30,421 nt of DNA from a virus (Duplodnaviria > Caudoviricetes): positions 1 to 30,421 of IMG/VR virus record IMGVR_UViG_3300009634_000151; one strand, 5' to 3'. This document shows positions 1 to 8,623 of this stretch, in pieces. The notes under the pieces are model-generated. The model was not told where the DNA came from. It made no database searches and saw only the letters and a program-made list of their open reading frames with translations. Every line of letters begins with the position of its first letter. Within the stretch, counting starts at the first letter, position 1. The translations under genes were made by a program, and so were the position numbers.

Positions 1-288
1 CTCTGTCCCGATGTGGACAACATACGGCGAGTCGCTCCTGTCCTCGAACAGGATCTCTATCGCATCCGCCCGGCCTTTTTCCGGCCACGGGCCGCGCGAG
101 ACTATCACCTCCCGGGCAGTCCTCCATTCCTCGATCTCACCGACGAGCGCCGGAGGGACGAGCAGACGGAACGTCCCGGCATTAATGGAGAGGTAATAGG
201 CGCCCCTCGCCGCGTTCTCTGTCTCCCAGTAGTCGGTAGAAACGATGTCGGCGGCGTCATTGACAATGGAGATAAAGGCGGGTGTCAT
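1..288 (-). CDS. Hypothetical protein of the accessory cassette (truncated at window edge)
   Basis: ATG at 288 overlaps the upstream TGA (ATGA). Frame is open to position 1: MTPAFISIVNDAADIVSTDYWETENAARGAYYLSINAGTFRLLVP...VSRGPW... Translated by hand; not in the ORF track. Confidence 0.75.
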   Translation of the reverse strand, partial: MTPAFISIVNDAADIVSTDYWETENAARGAYYLSINAGTFRLLVPPALVGEIEEWRTAREVIVSRGPWPEKGRADAIEILFEDRSDSPYVVHIGTE

Positions 289-461
289 TTGTCTTCCCCC
301 TTGCCCTTCCGCGGCTTGGCATGCAGGTCATGCATCCGGAAGGCCATTTTCCGCGCCTCATCGGATGAAAGGGTGCGTTTTGACCGGCGCCCCTGGATCC
401 GGGCGGCCTCGGATATGATCAAGTGCTCGGCGATGTCTTTACTGCAATGGGGACATTTCAT
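285..461 (-). CDS. Small basic protein with N-terminal CxxC (possible DNA-binding regulator)
   Basis: MKCPHCSKDIAEHLIISEAARIQGRRSKRTLSSDEARKMA...; ATG lies 4 nt after the IbrB-like stop and its stop is coupled to the next gene. Confidence 0.7.
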   Translation of the reverse strand: MKCPHCSKDIAEHLIISEAARIQGRRSKRTLSSDEARKMAFRMHDLHAKPRKGKGEDK

Positions 462-465
462 CGGT

Positions 466-1110
466 TCACTCCCATGCCCGGGAATATTCGTGATCTTTGA
501 ACAATTCCGGAAGGCCACTCGATTGTTTGAATCTTAGCACTTCGTCGGCGTCCATGCCAAGCTCTTTTGCTATCTCGCCGTCGGTCCACCCTTGCCGAAT
601 GAGCATTGCGACGATATCGACCATGGGGATGACGCCGTGCACGCCGCGCGCCCGGTTGTGGCGGATAGTGGCCGCCATGCGGTCCTTGATGTCATGCCGC
701 CGGTCGTTGATTGTGGACACGGGGATGTAGTCGTAAAGGCGTTCCCGGAGCTTGCGGCATTCCTTGCAGACGCGGGTGCGGTGGAAGCCGTCGATCACCG
801 TGTAACCGGCGGCGGCCGCCTCGGCGTAGGCTACAATAGGTTGCGTTATTCCATCCGCGACCATTGAATGCTCCAGCAGGCGCATCTCCGGGGGCGCGAC
901 GCGGTTGGGGTTGTAGTCGTTGCCCCTGACGCTGTCCGCCTCGACCCAGAGCACGCAATCCACGGGCTCATCGGCAAAAGGGCTGGCATCGTGCAGCCTC
1001 TGCCTGATCGCGTTCAGGGCCTCCACGCGGTCTTCCAGCGGCATCAGGTCCAACAGGCTGCATATCTTCTCCAGGTGCTCTGAGATGGCCGATTCGAAAA
1101 GATTGTTCAT
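466..1110 (-). CDS. ibrB: IbrB/YbdM-like ParB/Srx-domain protein
   Basis: Motifs NDYNPN.VAPPEM.LL, DGITQPIV, VIDGFHR, RMAATIRHNRARG and a C-terminal HTH-like segment. True start is probably ATG at 1110 (ATGA overlap with the upstream gene). Confidence 0.85.
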   Translation of the reverse strand: MNNLFESAISEHLEKICSLLDLMPLEDRVEALNAIRQRLHDASPFADEPVDCVLWVEADSVRGNDYNPNRVAPPEMRLLEHSMVADGITQPIVAYAEAAAAGYTVIDGFHRTRVCKECRKLRERLYDYIPVSTINDRRHDIKDRMAATIRHNRARGVHGVIPMVDIVAMLIRQGWTDGEIAKELGMDADEVLRFKQSSGLPELFKDHEYSRAWE

Positions 1111-2315
1111 AGGTCCGCGTACCTCTCTTTTATCTCCATTAGGCGGTTCGTATCGCCCCGGTGAAAACCGAAACTGAGACCTTTTCCCATATCCATCTTC
1201 AGGATCGAGACTGCTACCCGGCGCCATGAGGGCTGCAACTTCTTTCCCTCCAGCTCGCGGTCGCCATCGTCGGGGACCGCGCTCAAGGGGTAACCGTGCT
1301 CCGCCCACCAGCCAAAGAAAACATCGATGCGGCGCTGGAACACGGCCGCCAGGTCGGGAGGCATGGTGCGCAACAGGAATTCTGCATATTGCTGCCAGGT
1401 CGCGAATGTCGGCGGCAGGCCGAGGCCCCCCTTATAACCTAGGAATTTCTGCCGCGCGTAAAGAGCGCCCCAGTTTGCGCCCTCGACGCGCTGGACTATG
1501 CGGAACCACGTATCGGGCTCGATTTTATGGAACATATCGAGGCCTTTGCGCTGGTCGTCGCCGTAGGGCTGGCAAATGCGCATCTCGGCCGGGGGCGTGC
1601 CGGCGAGGTACATATAATCGTAAAGCTTGTTGTACGGCAGCCCGCGCTTGCCGATATAGGCCCAGATGTCCTCAAAACGCCAATCGTAGATCGGATAGAA
1701 AGTGACCGCGCGGCTTTTTGTCTTGTGCATGGAAGACCAGTAGATGTCCTTATAAGCGCACTTCTTCTTGGCGGCGGATTTGCGGACCGCCTTGAACCTG
1801 TTAAGGCTTTCATCCGCCCTGATGGCCACCACCGTGGCGCCGCCCTCGTCGCCTGCGAACCACTCGTTGAATTCCGGCACGAACTCTTCAAATTCCATTC
1901 GGTATTTGTAAAAGGGGAAATAGCCCTGGTCGCTGATGACCGATGGGTGGTCGGGCATGTCGCGCACCCAATCCGCCTCGCGGCCGGGCTCCCAGGCGCA
2001 CCAATAGGGGAAGTACGCGGATACGGCGTTGCGCAGGTTGAGAGGCAGGCACATCCAGTAAGAAACGAGATCCGGCAGGGCGAACATTTCCCTGATGTGG
2101 TCGATCGTGCTTTTGTACTGTCCCTCCAGGTCGAGGAACATCGCATAGACGGGTGCAATGTTGCGGCGGCGGGCGACCTCGAGGGCGAGGTGGAGCAGCA
2201 CGGTCGAATCCTTGCCGCCGGAGAAGGCGACGCAAACGCGGGGGAACTCATCGAACACGAGATTCAGCCGCTCGATTGCCGCGTCGTAGACGTTTTTGGT
2301 GAGGTACCGTTTCAT
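1107..2315 (-). CDS. ibrA: IbrA/YbdN-like PAPS-reductase family protein (DUF3440-type C-terminus)
   Basis: PP-loop SFSGGKDS-type motif (AFSGGKDS), IRADESLNR, YPIYDW, MRICQPYGDDQR, C-terminal PSWRR...GLSFG; adjacent to the IbrB-like gene. Confidence 0.85.
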   Translation of the reverse strand: MKRYLTKNVYDAAIERLNLVFDEFPRVCVAFSGGKDSTVLLHLALEVARRRNIAPVYAMFLDLEGQYKSTIDHIREMFALPDLVSYWMCLPLNLRNAVSAYFPYWCAWEPGREADWVRDMPDHPSVISDQGYFPFYKYRMEFEEFVPEFNEWFAGDEGGATVVAIRADESLNRFKAVRKSAAKKKCAYKDIYWSSMHKTKSRAVTFYPIYDWRFEDIWAYIGKRGLPYNKLYDYMYLAGTPPAEMRICQPYGDDQRKGLDMFHKIEPDTWFRIVQRVEGANWGALYARQKFLGYKGGLGLPPTFATWQQYAEFLLRTMPPDLAAVFQRRIDVFFGWWAEHGYPLSAVPDDGDRELEGKKLQPSWRRVAVSILKMDMGKGLSFGFHRGDTNRLMEIKERYADL

Positions 2316-3727
2316 AGGCTTTTTATGAGGTCCTTTAGCTTGCCCTTGCCCTTCACCCGGTCGATCTCCGCCTTGAATTGTTGCACGATATTGCCCTTGG
2401 ATGCAAGGGCGTCGTCGATGCGCGTGTCAATCGAGTCCGAGCAGATGATATCGATGTAGGTGACCGGCGCGGCCTGGCCGATGCGGTGACAGCGGTCCTC
2501 GGCCTGGAGGCGCTCCGAGTATTTGAAGCCGTTATTGTAGAAGATCACCTGGTGCGCCTCGTTCAGCGTGAGGCCATGGCCGCCGCAGCTCTGCGTGGCG
2601 AGGAAGAAGCGGGCGGAGGCGCGGAAAAGGGCAACTTGGGCGGGACGCTTCGCCTCCGGGATGTCGCCGTAGAAAAGCGCGGCGCAGCCTTGGCCGAAGC
2701 GGGCGGTAAGCTCGCGGGCGATCTCCTCTATGTCGTGCCGGTACTTCGCCCAGATAATGATCTTCTCGCCCTCCGGGACGCGGCCTATCAGATCCATGAG
2801 CATATCGATGCGGCAATGGCTAAATTCCTCAGTCGTCACGGCGCGGGTCTTCGGGTCGATATGGTTGAGGAAGCCGCAGACGATCTGCTGCAGGGCGGTG
2901 AACAGGCGGAAGATCGTATACGAATTCCAGTCGTCCTCGGAGATGGAAGCAAGGATCTCGTCCTTCGCCCGCTCGTACGCGTCGCGCTGCTCCCAGGTCA
3001 TCGAGAAATAGCGCGAGGAATAGAGCTTGTCCGGCAGGTCCAGGCATTCTTTCTTGGTGACCTGGTAGACATAGGGCTTGATCTTTGCGGCGAGATAGGC
3101 CGTGTTGTGACTGCGGACGATCAGGCCGGGGAATTTCTCGGAATATTCCAGGTGGTTCGCCGCGAAAGAATAAAAGGAGCTGTAGCCGAGTATCTTTGGA
3201 GAGAGGAAGCGCATCTGCGCGAACAGATCGACCACGCCCTGGGAGAGGGGCGTACCAGTCAGGATGAGCCGGTAGCGGGCGCGCTCGGCGATGCGCGTTA
3301 TCCAGTCCGTACGGGCCGACCGGTGGCCCTTGATGTAGCTCGATTCGTCGACTATGACCATGGAAGCCTCGTCAACGATCGCGTTCACCGTCAGGATCAC
3401 GCGGCGCGAGGCGCTCATAGATTCTATCCCGACGATGTACCAGAATACGCGCGGGACGGTGCGCTCGTTTGTCTTGTCGGTAAAGACGTGGATTTTATCG
3501 GGGGGCGCGTCCGTGTGCTTCAGGATCTCGTGGCGGATGGTCTCCTTGAGGGATACCGGGCAAAACCAGATGACGCACGAGATGCGGCCCTGGCGGCGGG
3601 AGATCAACTCTATGGCCGTGAGGCTCTTGCCGGTGCCCATCTCCATGAAGGCAGCGCCTATGCGGGCGGGCAAGAGGCGGGAGACCGCGGCGGCCTGGTG
3701 GGGCAGGAGGGGCGTGAGAACGGTCAC
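2312..3727 (-). CDS. SNF2-family (SF2) helicase/ATPase
   Basis: Walker A MEMGTGKS, Walker B VDES, motif III LTGTP, GGHGLTL, QAEDRCHRIGQ. Confidence 0.9.
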   Translation of the reverse strand: MTVLTPLLPHQAAAVSRLLPARIGAAFMEMGTGKSLTAIELISRRQGRISCVIWFCPVSLKETIRHEILKHTDAPPDKIHVFTDKTNERTVPRVFWYIVGIESMSASRRVILTVNAIVDEASMVIVDESSYIKGHRSARTDWITRIAERARYRLILTGTPLSQGVVDLFAQMRFLSPKILGYSSFYSFAANHLEYSEKFPGLIVRSHNTAYLAAKIKPYVYQVTKKECLDLPDKLYSSRYFSMTWEQRDAYERAKDEILASISEDDWNSYTIFRLFTALQQIVCGFLNHIDPKTRAVTTEEFSHCRIDMLMDLIGRVPEGEKIIIWAKYRHDIEEIARELTARFGQGCAALFYGDIPEAKRPAQVALFRASARFFLATQSCGGHGLTLNEAHQVIFYNNGFKYSERLQAEDRCHRIGQAAPVTYIDIICSDSIDTRIDDALASKGNIVQQFKAEIDRVKGKGKLKDLIKSL

Positions 3728-4869
3728 GGCTCCTCCTCCATAAATTCATCGGCTATACCGACGTCGGCGGGCACGGCGAGCTCGGACGGGACCTCCCCGG
3801 GCGCGGGTAGGCGGCGGGCGGAAGGGACGGAGGGAGAGGCCGTGAGCGCCTTCTCGCGGACCTGGCGGGCCGCAGCGATAACTCTTTGAGCACCGGCGCT
3901 TATCCCGAATTTGTACATCTCCGCGAAATCAAGGACTTCCGCGAACTGCTCGGGCGGGACGATGATGGAGGGTTTTGCATAGCGGGCGCCGTGGATGCGC
4001 TTGGCGGCCTTGTAGAAGTCCTCCTCCCTGGGCCACTTGATTATAAACCAGCCGACATGCGAGCCGGATGTAAGCGCCATCACCCAGCGCTTCGCCTCGG
4101 GCTCGTAGGTGCCGTAGACGGCACGGACACGAAGGCTGTCATCGAAGATGCGGATGGAAAAACCTCCCGCCAGGAGGCGGTTGCCGGCCTCGGCCGCACG
4201 GTCCTCGGGAGTACCGTTGATGAGCTCGATCTGACGGCGCCAGCGCGTCTCTGCCCATGTGTAGCCGAGCTGAAAACGCACGATCTGGCGAAAATCTTCG
4301 CGCTTCTCAGAAAAAAGGATCTCCACGACGGGGCCGGAGATGCGGATCTCCGCGACGGTCTCGGTGACAGGTTTCGGCGGCCGGACCGTGGCCTCTGCCA
4401 GGGCCTCGGCCTTTGCTTCCTCTGCGGCCTTCTTATCCTCGGGCGGAAGGGGCTTTTCCGTGACGGCATATTCTTCCCGGAGGAGCTGTTCGACGTGGCG
4501 GTCACGGTTGTCAATCCACCAGCGGGCGGATGTGCGGTTTTTCAGGCCGCCAATAGCGGCTTGCAGCCGCTCATCCAGGGGATGATGTCCGGTGTATCGC
4601 TCGATGTAATCATCGATGGTGATGATTTTCTGCTTCCGGATGGTCTCCGCCCAGGCGATCATTTTTTCCGAACCGGTGAGCGCGGGAAGGCCGGAAGCGG
4701 CGTTTGCCGCGCTTGCTGCAGCGTTCTCCTCGGCCTGGGCTTTCTCGCGGCATTCGTCGCAGGTCCAATCGAAATTGTCGAGCTTCCATTCACGGTCGCG
4801 GGAAGGGCCGATGAGATCTACCCGGTAATCTGTTTCACATCGGGGGCAGGTGACGGTGTATTTAGCCAT
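3724..4869 (-). CDS. Hypothetical protein with N-terminal Cys pairs and GLPALTGSEK.IAWAE.IR motif
   Basis: 381-aa ORF, translationally coupled to the helicase; CxxC...CxxC at the N-terminus. Confidence 0.75.
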   Translation of the reverse strand: MAKYTVTCPRCETDYRVDLIGPSRDREWKLDNFDWTCDECREKAQAEENAAASAANAASGLPALTGSEKMIAWAETIRKQKIITIDDYIERYTGHHPLDERLQAAIGGLKNRTSARWWIDNRDRHVEQLLREEYAVTEKPLPPEDKKAAEEAKAEALAEATVRPPKPVTETVAEIRISGPVVEILFSEKREDFRQIVRFQLGYTWAETRWRRQIELINGTPEDRAAEAGNRLLAGGFSIRIFDDSLRVRAVYGTYEPEAKRWVMALTSGSHVGWFIIKWPREEDFYKAAKRIHGARYAKPSIIVPPEQFAEVLDFAEMYKFGISAGAQRVIAAARQVREKALTASPSVPSARRLPAPGEVPSELAVPADVGIADEFMEEEP

Positions 4870-4878
4870 GGCGCACCC

Positions 4879-5550
4879 CTACGCGAGGTATATCCTGCCG
4901 CCCTTGATAGCCGCGGCCTGATCGAGCCATGAATTATCCATGTAAAAGCGCTGCCAGGTACCTCCAAGGTGTGCATCCGAGAGGGGGACAAGCCGCTCTA
5001 CCCTCTCATGCTGTTTCCTCAGTTTGGACAGGGCATATCCTGCCCGTCCGGTGAGGCCGCGCCACCATGCGGGCTTCTTGTATTCCGAAAGACACCATGC
5101 GAAATCCAACGTCCTGGAATAGTCGTTCCATGCGTCCCCGACGTCTCTGAGAACATCCCGCATGCCCCTTTCTCGCCGGCAGCGGCTATCGGCTATCATC
5201 TTGTCATCGCTCAATACCTGGAGGTCGCCGGCGAAGTAATGCGTGTTGACGCCTTTTATCATCTCCACCATTTCCAGGGCCTCTTTGTGTCGGTAACCGA
5301 CTATGGGGGCGTGAGGATCGGTCTCTAAGTCGCGGACAATTGATTCCGTGTCGATGTGCAGGTACCCGTCCACAACGGACTGGTACGGGCGCTGCCGGTC
5401 GGTATCGATGCCGATGTCGATTACCTCGGGATGGCCTATTGTCACCCGTACCGTCGCTCTTCGACCGCTGTTGTAGACGCAGGGGATGCAGACCCTGTGC
5501 AGATATCCGTCATTGCTCTCGTGTTTTGGAAGTCTGTCGAGTGAACCCAT
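4879..5550 (-). CDS. Hypothetical protein, first gene of the accessory cassette
   Basis: AAGGAG Shine-Dalgarno precedes ATG at 5550 (ORF track starts at TTG 5574); lies directly downstream of a predicted promoter. Confidence 0.7.
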   Translation of the reverse strand: MGSLDRLPKHESNDGYLHRVCIPCVYNSGRRATVRVTIGHPEVIDIGIDTDRQRPYQSVVDGYLHIDTESIVRDLETDPHAPIVGYRHKEALEMVEMIKGVNTHYFAGDLQVLSDDKMIADSRCRRERGMRDVLRDVGDAWNDYSRTLDFAWCLSEYKKPAWWRGLTGRAGYALSKLRKQHERVERLVPLSDAHLGGTWQRFYMDNSWLDQAAAIKGGRIYLA

Positions 5551-5601
5551 GATTTTCTCCTTGTCTGAGGCCAAGGCGGCCTGTATTTTGTATCTGTATA
5601 T

Positions 5602-5631
5602 AGTGTATGCCTAACAGTTACGCATTGTCAA
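5602..5631 (-). promoter_or_regulatory. Sigma70-type promoter for the accessory cassette
   Basis: TTGACA (5631-5626), 18-bp spacer, TACACT (5607-5602), with an A/T-rich UP-like tract upstream. Confidence 0.65.
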
Positions 5632-5726
5632 GAATTATTTTTTGGTTTTTAGAAAGAAAGTGCGGCTGGAGGAAATTCCGATGATAGGCACCTACGTTGC
5701 CGGTAAAACAGTAAGGTATGTCAAGT

Positions 5727-5777
5727 ATATCCTTTCAGATATATTACTTCAGGGTATATTACTTCAGGGTATATTAC
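5727..5777. repeat. 15-bp tandem direct repeat ATATTACTTCAGGGT
   Basis: Two perfect copies (5741-5770), a partial third copy and a degenerate preceding copy, in an AT-rich intergenic stretch. Confidence 0.85.
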
Positions 5778-5808
5778 CACAACGTAAAATAGCGGATATC
5801 CTGCCCTT

Positions 5809-5833
5809 GCTCCATGCTCTACGCTCTATGCTC
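5809..5833 (-). repeat. Heptamer element, unpaired family-B 5' arm
   Basis: Minus strand GAGCATA GAGCGTA GAGCATG GAGC; supplies the stop of the frameshifted tail chaperone; no partner arm in the window. Confidence 0.75.
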
Positions 5834-6238
5834 AGCCGGCCGCCTTCGCGCCGGGTTTTCTTCGCAGTGCTCGCATGTCCAGTCCAAATAACTGCCGTAT
5901 TGAAAGGCGCAGGCCTTGCGCTTTGCCGGCGTGCAGCGCTTCGTGCCGCCGTCGGCGAGGATGGAGACGACCTCGGCCTCGAACGTCCGGAGGTTGCGGA
6001 GGAATGCAGGGCCGGCAACGATGCCCAGGGAGCGGGCGGCGGCGAGCGCGGCGGGCAGATCGAAGCCGAGATAGCTCGTGCGGACCTCGACAAAGCCCTG
6101 CCCGGCGACGGCCTGGACTGCGGTCCTCCACTGGCCGGCGCAGATCTCGATGACGGACCAGACTTCCGCGTTGCCCGGGAGGACTTCGACCGGCTCTCCC
6201 TCACCGCAAAAACCTGCGGCGAGGGCTAGGAGTTTTTT
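5819..6238 (-). CDS. Tail assembly chaperone, -1 frameshift extension (gpGT/DUF1799-like)
   Basis: The -1 frame after the slippery A AAA AAC reads LLALAAGFCGEGEPVEVLPGNAEVWSVIEICAGQWRT...LGFDLPAA...LRTFEAEVV...CEHCEENPARRRPAEHRA*. Translated by hand. Confidence 0.8.
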   Translation of the reverse strand, partial: KKLLALAAGFCGEGEPVEVLPGNAEVWSVIEICAGQWRTAVQAVAGQGFVEVRTSYLGFDLPAALAAARSLGIVAGPAFLRNLRTFEAEVVSILADGGTKRCTPAKRKACAFQYGSYLDWTCEHCEENPARRRPAEHRA

Positions 6239-6627
6239 GTTTCTTCCTCCTGGACGATGAAGGCTGCCTGGTTGGCGCGGTCGAAGACCCAGACGAAGTT
6301 CGACTGCTCGCCGAAGGGGACCTCCATGAAGAGGATCTTCTTCTTGGTCTCGAGATTGACATCGAAGGGCTGGACGGATTTGTCGGGCAGCTCCTCGCCG
6401 AAGCCTTCGAAGTCCTGGAGGATGGTGTCCAGCACGTCGTCGGAGATCTTCTCTTCGTCGTAGACATCACGGCCATTGATCTTCTTCTTGTGCGCGTTGC
6501 GGATCTTCTCGACGAGGGCCTGCGTGCGGGCCCTGATCCTGAAGCGCACCTTCGCGCCCCATATCTGGCGCTCGTACCACTCGCCGTCCGGCGGCGTCTC
6601 CACATTAATGTCGCGGAATACAAGCAT
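6226..6627 (-). CDS. Tail assembly chaperone (gpG-like)
   Basis: 133 aa, follows the tail tube gene, AAGGAG SD, ends ...EETKNS with a slippery site. Confidence 0.8.
   Translation of the reverse strand: MLVFRDINVETPPDGEWYERQIWGAKVRFRIRARTQALVEKIRNAHKKKINGRDVYDEEKISDDVLDTILQDFEGFGEELPDKSVQPFDVNLETKKKILFMEVPFGEQSNFVWVFDRANQAAFIVQEEETKNS
6232..6238 (-). other. Programmed -1 ribosomal frameshift slippery site A AAA AAC
   Basis: X XXY YYZ heptamer one codon before the chaperone stop (GAA ACA AAA AAC TCC TAG); canonical position after the tail tube gene. Confidence 0.8.
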
Positions 6628-6643
6628 ATTCGCTCCTTTTGTT

Positions 6644-6852
6644 GTTCAACGTTCAATGTTCAAGGTTCAATGTTGCCCCCTTTGGGGGCGTTCAAGGTTC
6701 TATGTTCAATGTTCAATGTTGCCCCCTTTGGGGGCGTTCAATGTTCAAAGTTCAAAGTTCAATGTTGAAAACCTCCCAAGCCCTGAACCCTGAACCTTGA
6801 ACCTTGAACAGCCCTTTGTTGAACCTTGAACATCCTCTATGCTCCCTGCTCC
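6644..6852 (-). repeat. Heptamer palindromic element (A arms plus B arm, two GCCCCCTTTGGGGGC mini-hairpins)
   Basis: Plus strand (GTTCAAT/G)n - loop - (CTTGAAC)n between tail tube and chaperone genes. Confidence 0.9.
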
Positions 6853-6856
6853 CCGC

Positions 6857-8140
6857 TTATCCTGCCGCCGTGGCTATCTTGTTCCCTATATTGACCATAA
6901 TGCTGCCATACGTCGAGTCCTGGAGCACCTGGATGTCGCCTTCCTCGCCCAGGAACTTGTTGTCTATCTTGACAGGCGCCTTCAGGATGTTGCAGCGGGG
7001 GAAGATCAGCTCGACGTAGTAGCTCTTGCCGGCCTCGAAGGTCGAACCGGTAGCCTTGATGTGGACGCCGAAGTACTCGTTGTCCGCGATGGCCTGCTGC
7101 AGGATGTACTCGCGGGCCTGCCGGTCGAGCTTGAGGCTCTGCTGCCTGCCCTGGCGCTGGGCGAAGTTGGCGTAAGTGCCGGTGCCCCCGGGGCGGTACT
7201 CCACGTCCACCTGGTTCTTGAAACTGTGCTCGATGGTGGTGATCTCGCTGTCGATCGTACGGCCGCCGACGAAGGCACTGCCGCTCCACATGCCGCCGAG
7301 CGTCACGACGAGGTCGGTGACGCGGAGCGGCGGTTCGACGACGTAGACGGGGAATGAGCACCAGGCAGGCTCGACGGGCGTGTAAAGGACCTGGTAGGTG
7401 GTGCTTGTCGCGGGAACGCCGGGGGGGGTGATGGTGATGACGGCCGGGACCGCGCCGGAGACTACCGAGAAGGAGACTTCGTCCCACTCGTTCGGCGCTG
7501 ACGGGTTTACCACCCTTATGCGGTGGACGTTCTGGAGCCTGGTGGGCGCGTCGGCGCCCTGGACCCCGTTGGCCGCGAGGGTCAGGGTCGCCGCGTCGTA
7601 AGCGGCCGTGATTGTCTCCTCCGTCATGTTCGCGGTATATTTCCCGGTGCCCTTGAGGGCGGTGACGCACTTGGCCCAGGAGTCCTTGGTGAAGGTGGAG
7701 GTGATCGAGTCGACGAACATGGAGGCCATGCGCCACTTCCAGATCGTCTTGCCCATGCGCTGGGCGACGGTCATGGAGGGCAGGTTCATCTGGGCGGTAG
7801 GCATGATGGCGTGCTGGTAGCCTCCGCCCCAGGCGGCGGGCGTGTCTATCCCAAGGCCGTAGGCGTAGGAGAGGAGAAAGTCCTGGGCCTTCGCCTTGTT
7901 GAAGGTGAGGTTCATGGAAGACTCTGCGCCGAGGTTGTAGACGATGTCGGGCTCTTCCATCCCCGTCAACTCGCCCGCGTCTGTCTCGCGCTTGGGCGTC
8001 AGGACCATCAGGTCGCCCTGGTCGACCATCATGGTGTGGGAAAGGGCCTGCTCCGTGTTAAGGGCCGTCTCCTGCAAAAGCAGGGAGACGGCGAGGAGGT
8101 TAAAATCGGGCTTGTAGATGCGCTGGGTGTCATAGCTCAT
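6857..8140 (-). CDS. Major tail (tube) protein, putative
   Basis: 427 aa, Thr/Val/Gly-rich beta-type sequence directly upstream of the frameshifting chaperone; GAGGT SD. Confidence 0.7.
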   Translation of the reverse strand: MSYDTQRIYKPDFNLLAVSLLLQETALNTEQALSHTMMVDQGDLMVLTPKRETDAGELTGMEEPDIVYNLGAESSMNLTFNKAKAQDFLLSYAYGLGIDTPAAWGGGYQHAIMPTAQMNLPSMTVAQRMGKTIWKWRMASMFVDSITSTFTKDSWAKCVTALKGTGKYTANMTEETITAAYDAATLTLAANGVQGADAPTRLQNVHRIRVVNPSAPNEWDEVSFSVVSGAVPAVITITPPGVPATSTTYQVLYTPVEPAWCSFPVYVVEPPLRVTDLVVTLGGMWSGSAFVGGRTIDSEITTIEHSFKNQVDVEYRPGGTGTYANFAQRQGRQQSLKLDRQAREYILQQAIADNEYFGVHIKATGSTFEAGKSYYVELIFPRCNILKAPVKIDNKFLGEEGDIQVLQDSTYGSIMVNIGNKIATAAG

Positions 8141-8158
8141 GGGTCACCTCTCTTTTTT

Positions 8159-8304
8159 GTTCAAGGTTCAATGTTCAAGGTTCAAAGTTGCCCCCTTTGG
8201 GGGCGTTAAAACCATTCAAGGTTCCATGTTCAACGTTCAATGTTAAATTCCTCTCTTTCCTCAACTTTGAAACTTGAACCTTGAACATCTCTATGCTCCT
8301 TGCT
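8159..8304 (-). repeat. Heptamer palindromic element (family A)
   Basis: Inverted heptamer arms around the loop GAGGAAAGAGAGGAATTT (minus strand). Confidence 0.9.
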
Positions 8305-8620
8305 CGGCACCCGGCGCTTCCTGACCCGTCGCTTTCGTCTCGGGCGTAGGAGGCGGCGGAGGAGGCTCCGGGGCTGCCCCCGCTCCCTGCTCCATGCTCC
8401 GTGCTCCCTGCTGCTTTTGCTGCCCCTGCTCCTTGCTCTCTGCTCCATGCTCCATGCTTCCGTCAGGGGGATCGGGCACCTGCTCGAAGCGGCGGGCCTC
8501 TTCGGGCGGGATATCGGCCGGCGCGTATGTCCGGTCGAGATGGTACTGCCTGTTGGCGAAAGGTCCGTCGACGACCCGGAAGTTCTCCTCGTTGGCTTTG
8601 AGCCTGTAGCGCGTCTCCAT
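8291..8620 (-). CDS. Small hypothetical tail-region protein whose C-terminal half is encoded by family-B repeats
   Basis: METRYRLKANEENFRVVDGPFANRQY... followed by SMEHGAESKEQGQQKQQGARSMEQGA from repeats at 8382-8458; GGAGGA SD. Confidence 0.7.
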   Translation of the reverse strand: METRYRLKANEENFRVVDGPFANRQYHLDRTYAPADIPPEEARRFEQVPDPPDGSMEHGAESKEQGQQKQQGARSMEQGAGAAPEPPPPPPTPETKATGQEAPGAEQGA

Positions 8621-8623
8621 CTG

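Noticed and set aside
2378-3889. Long plus-strand ORFs (e.g. 2378-3889, 3886-4932, 21600-23072, 28908-29900)
   Set aside because: Antisense shadows of GC-rich minus-strand genes that have recognisable motifs and coupled junctions; no motifs of their own.
5695-5724. Second TTGACA (minus strand, 5724-5719) as a promoter
   Set aside because: No acceptable -10 hexamer at 16-19 bp spacing.
5764-6204. ORFs 5764-6204 and 5832-6131 as real genes
   Set aside because: The third frame, reached by the -1 frameshift, gives the recognisable chaperone extension.
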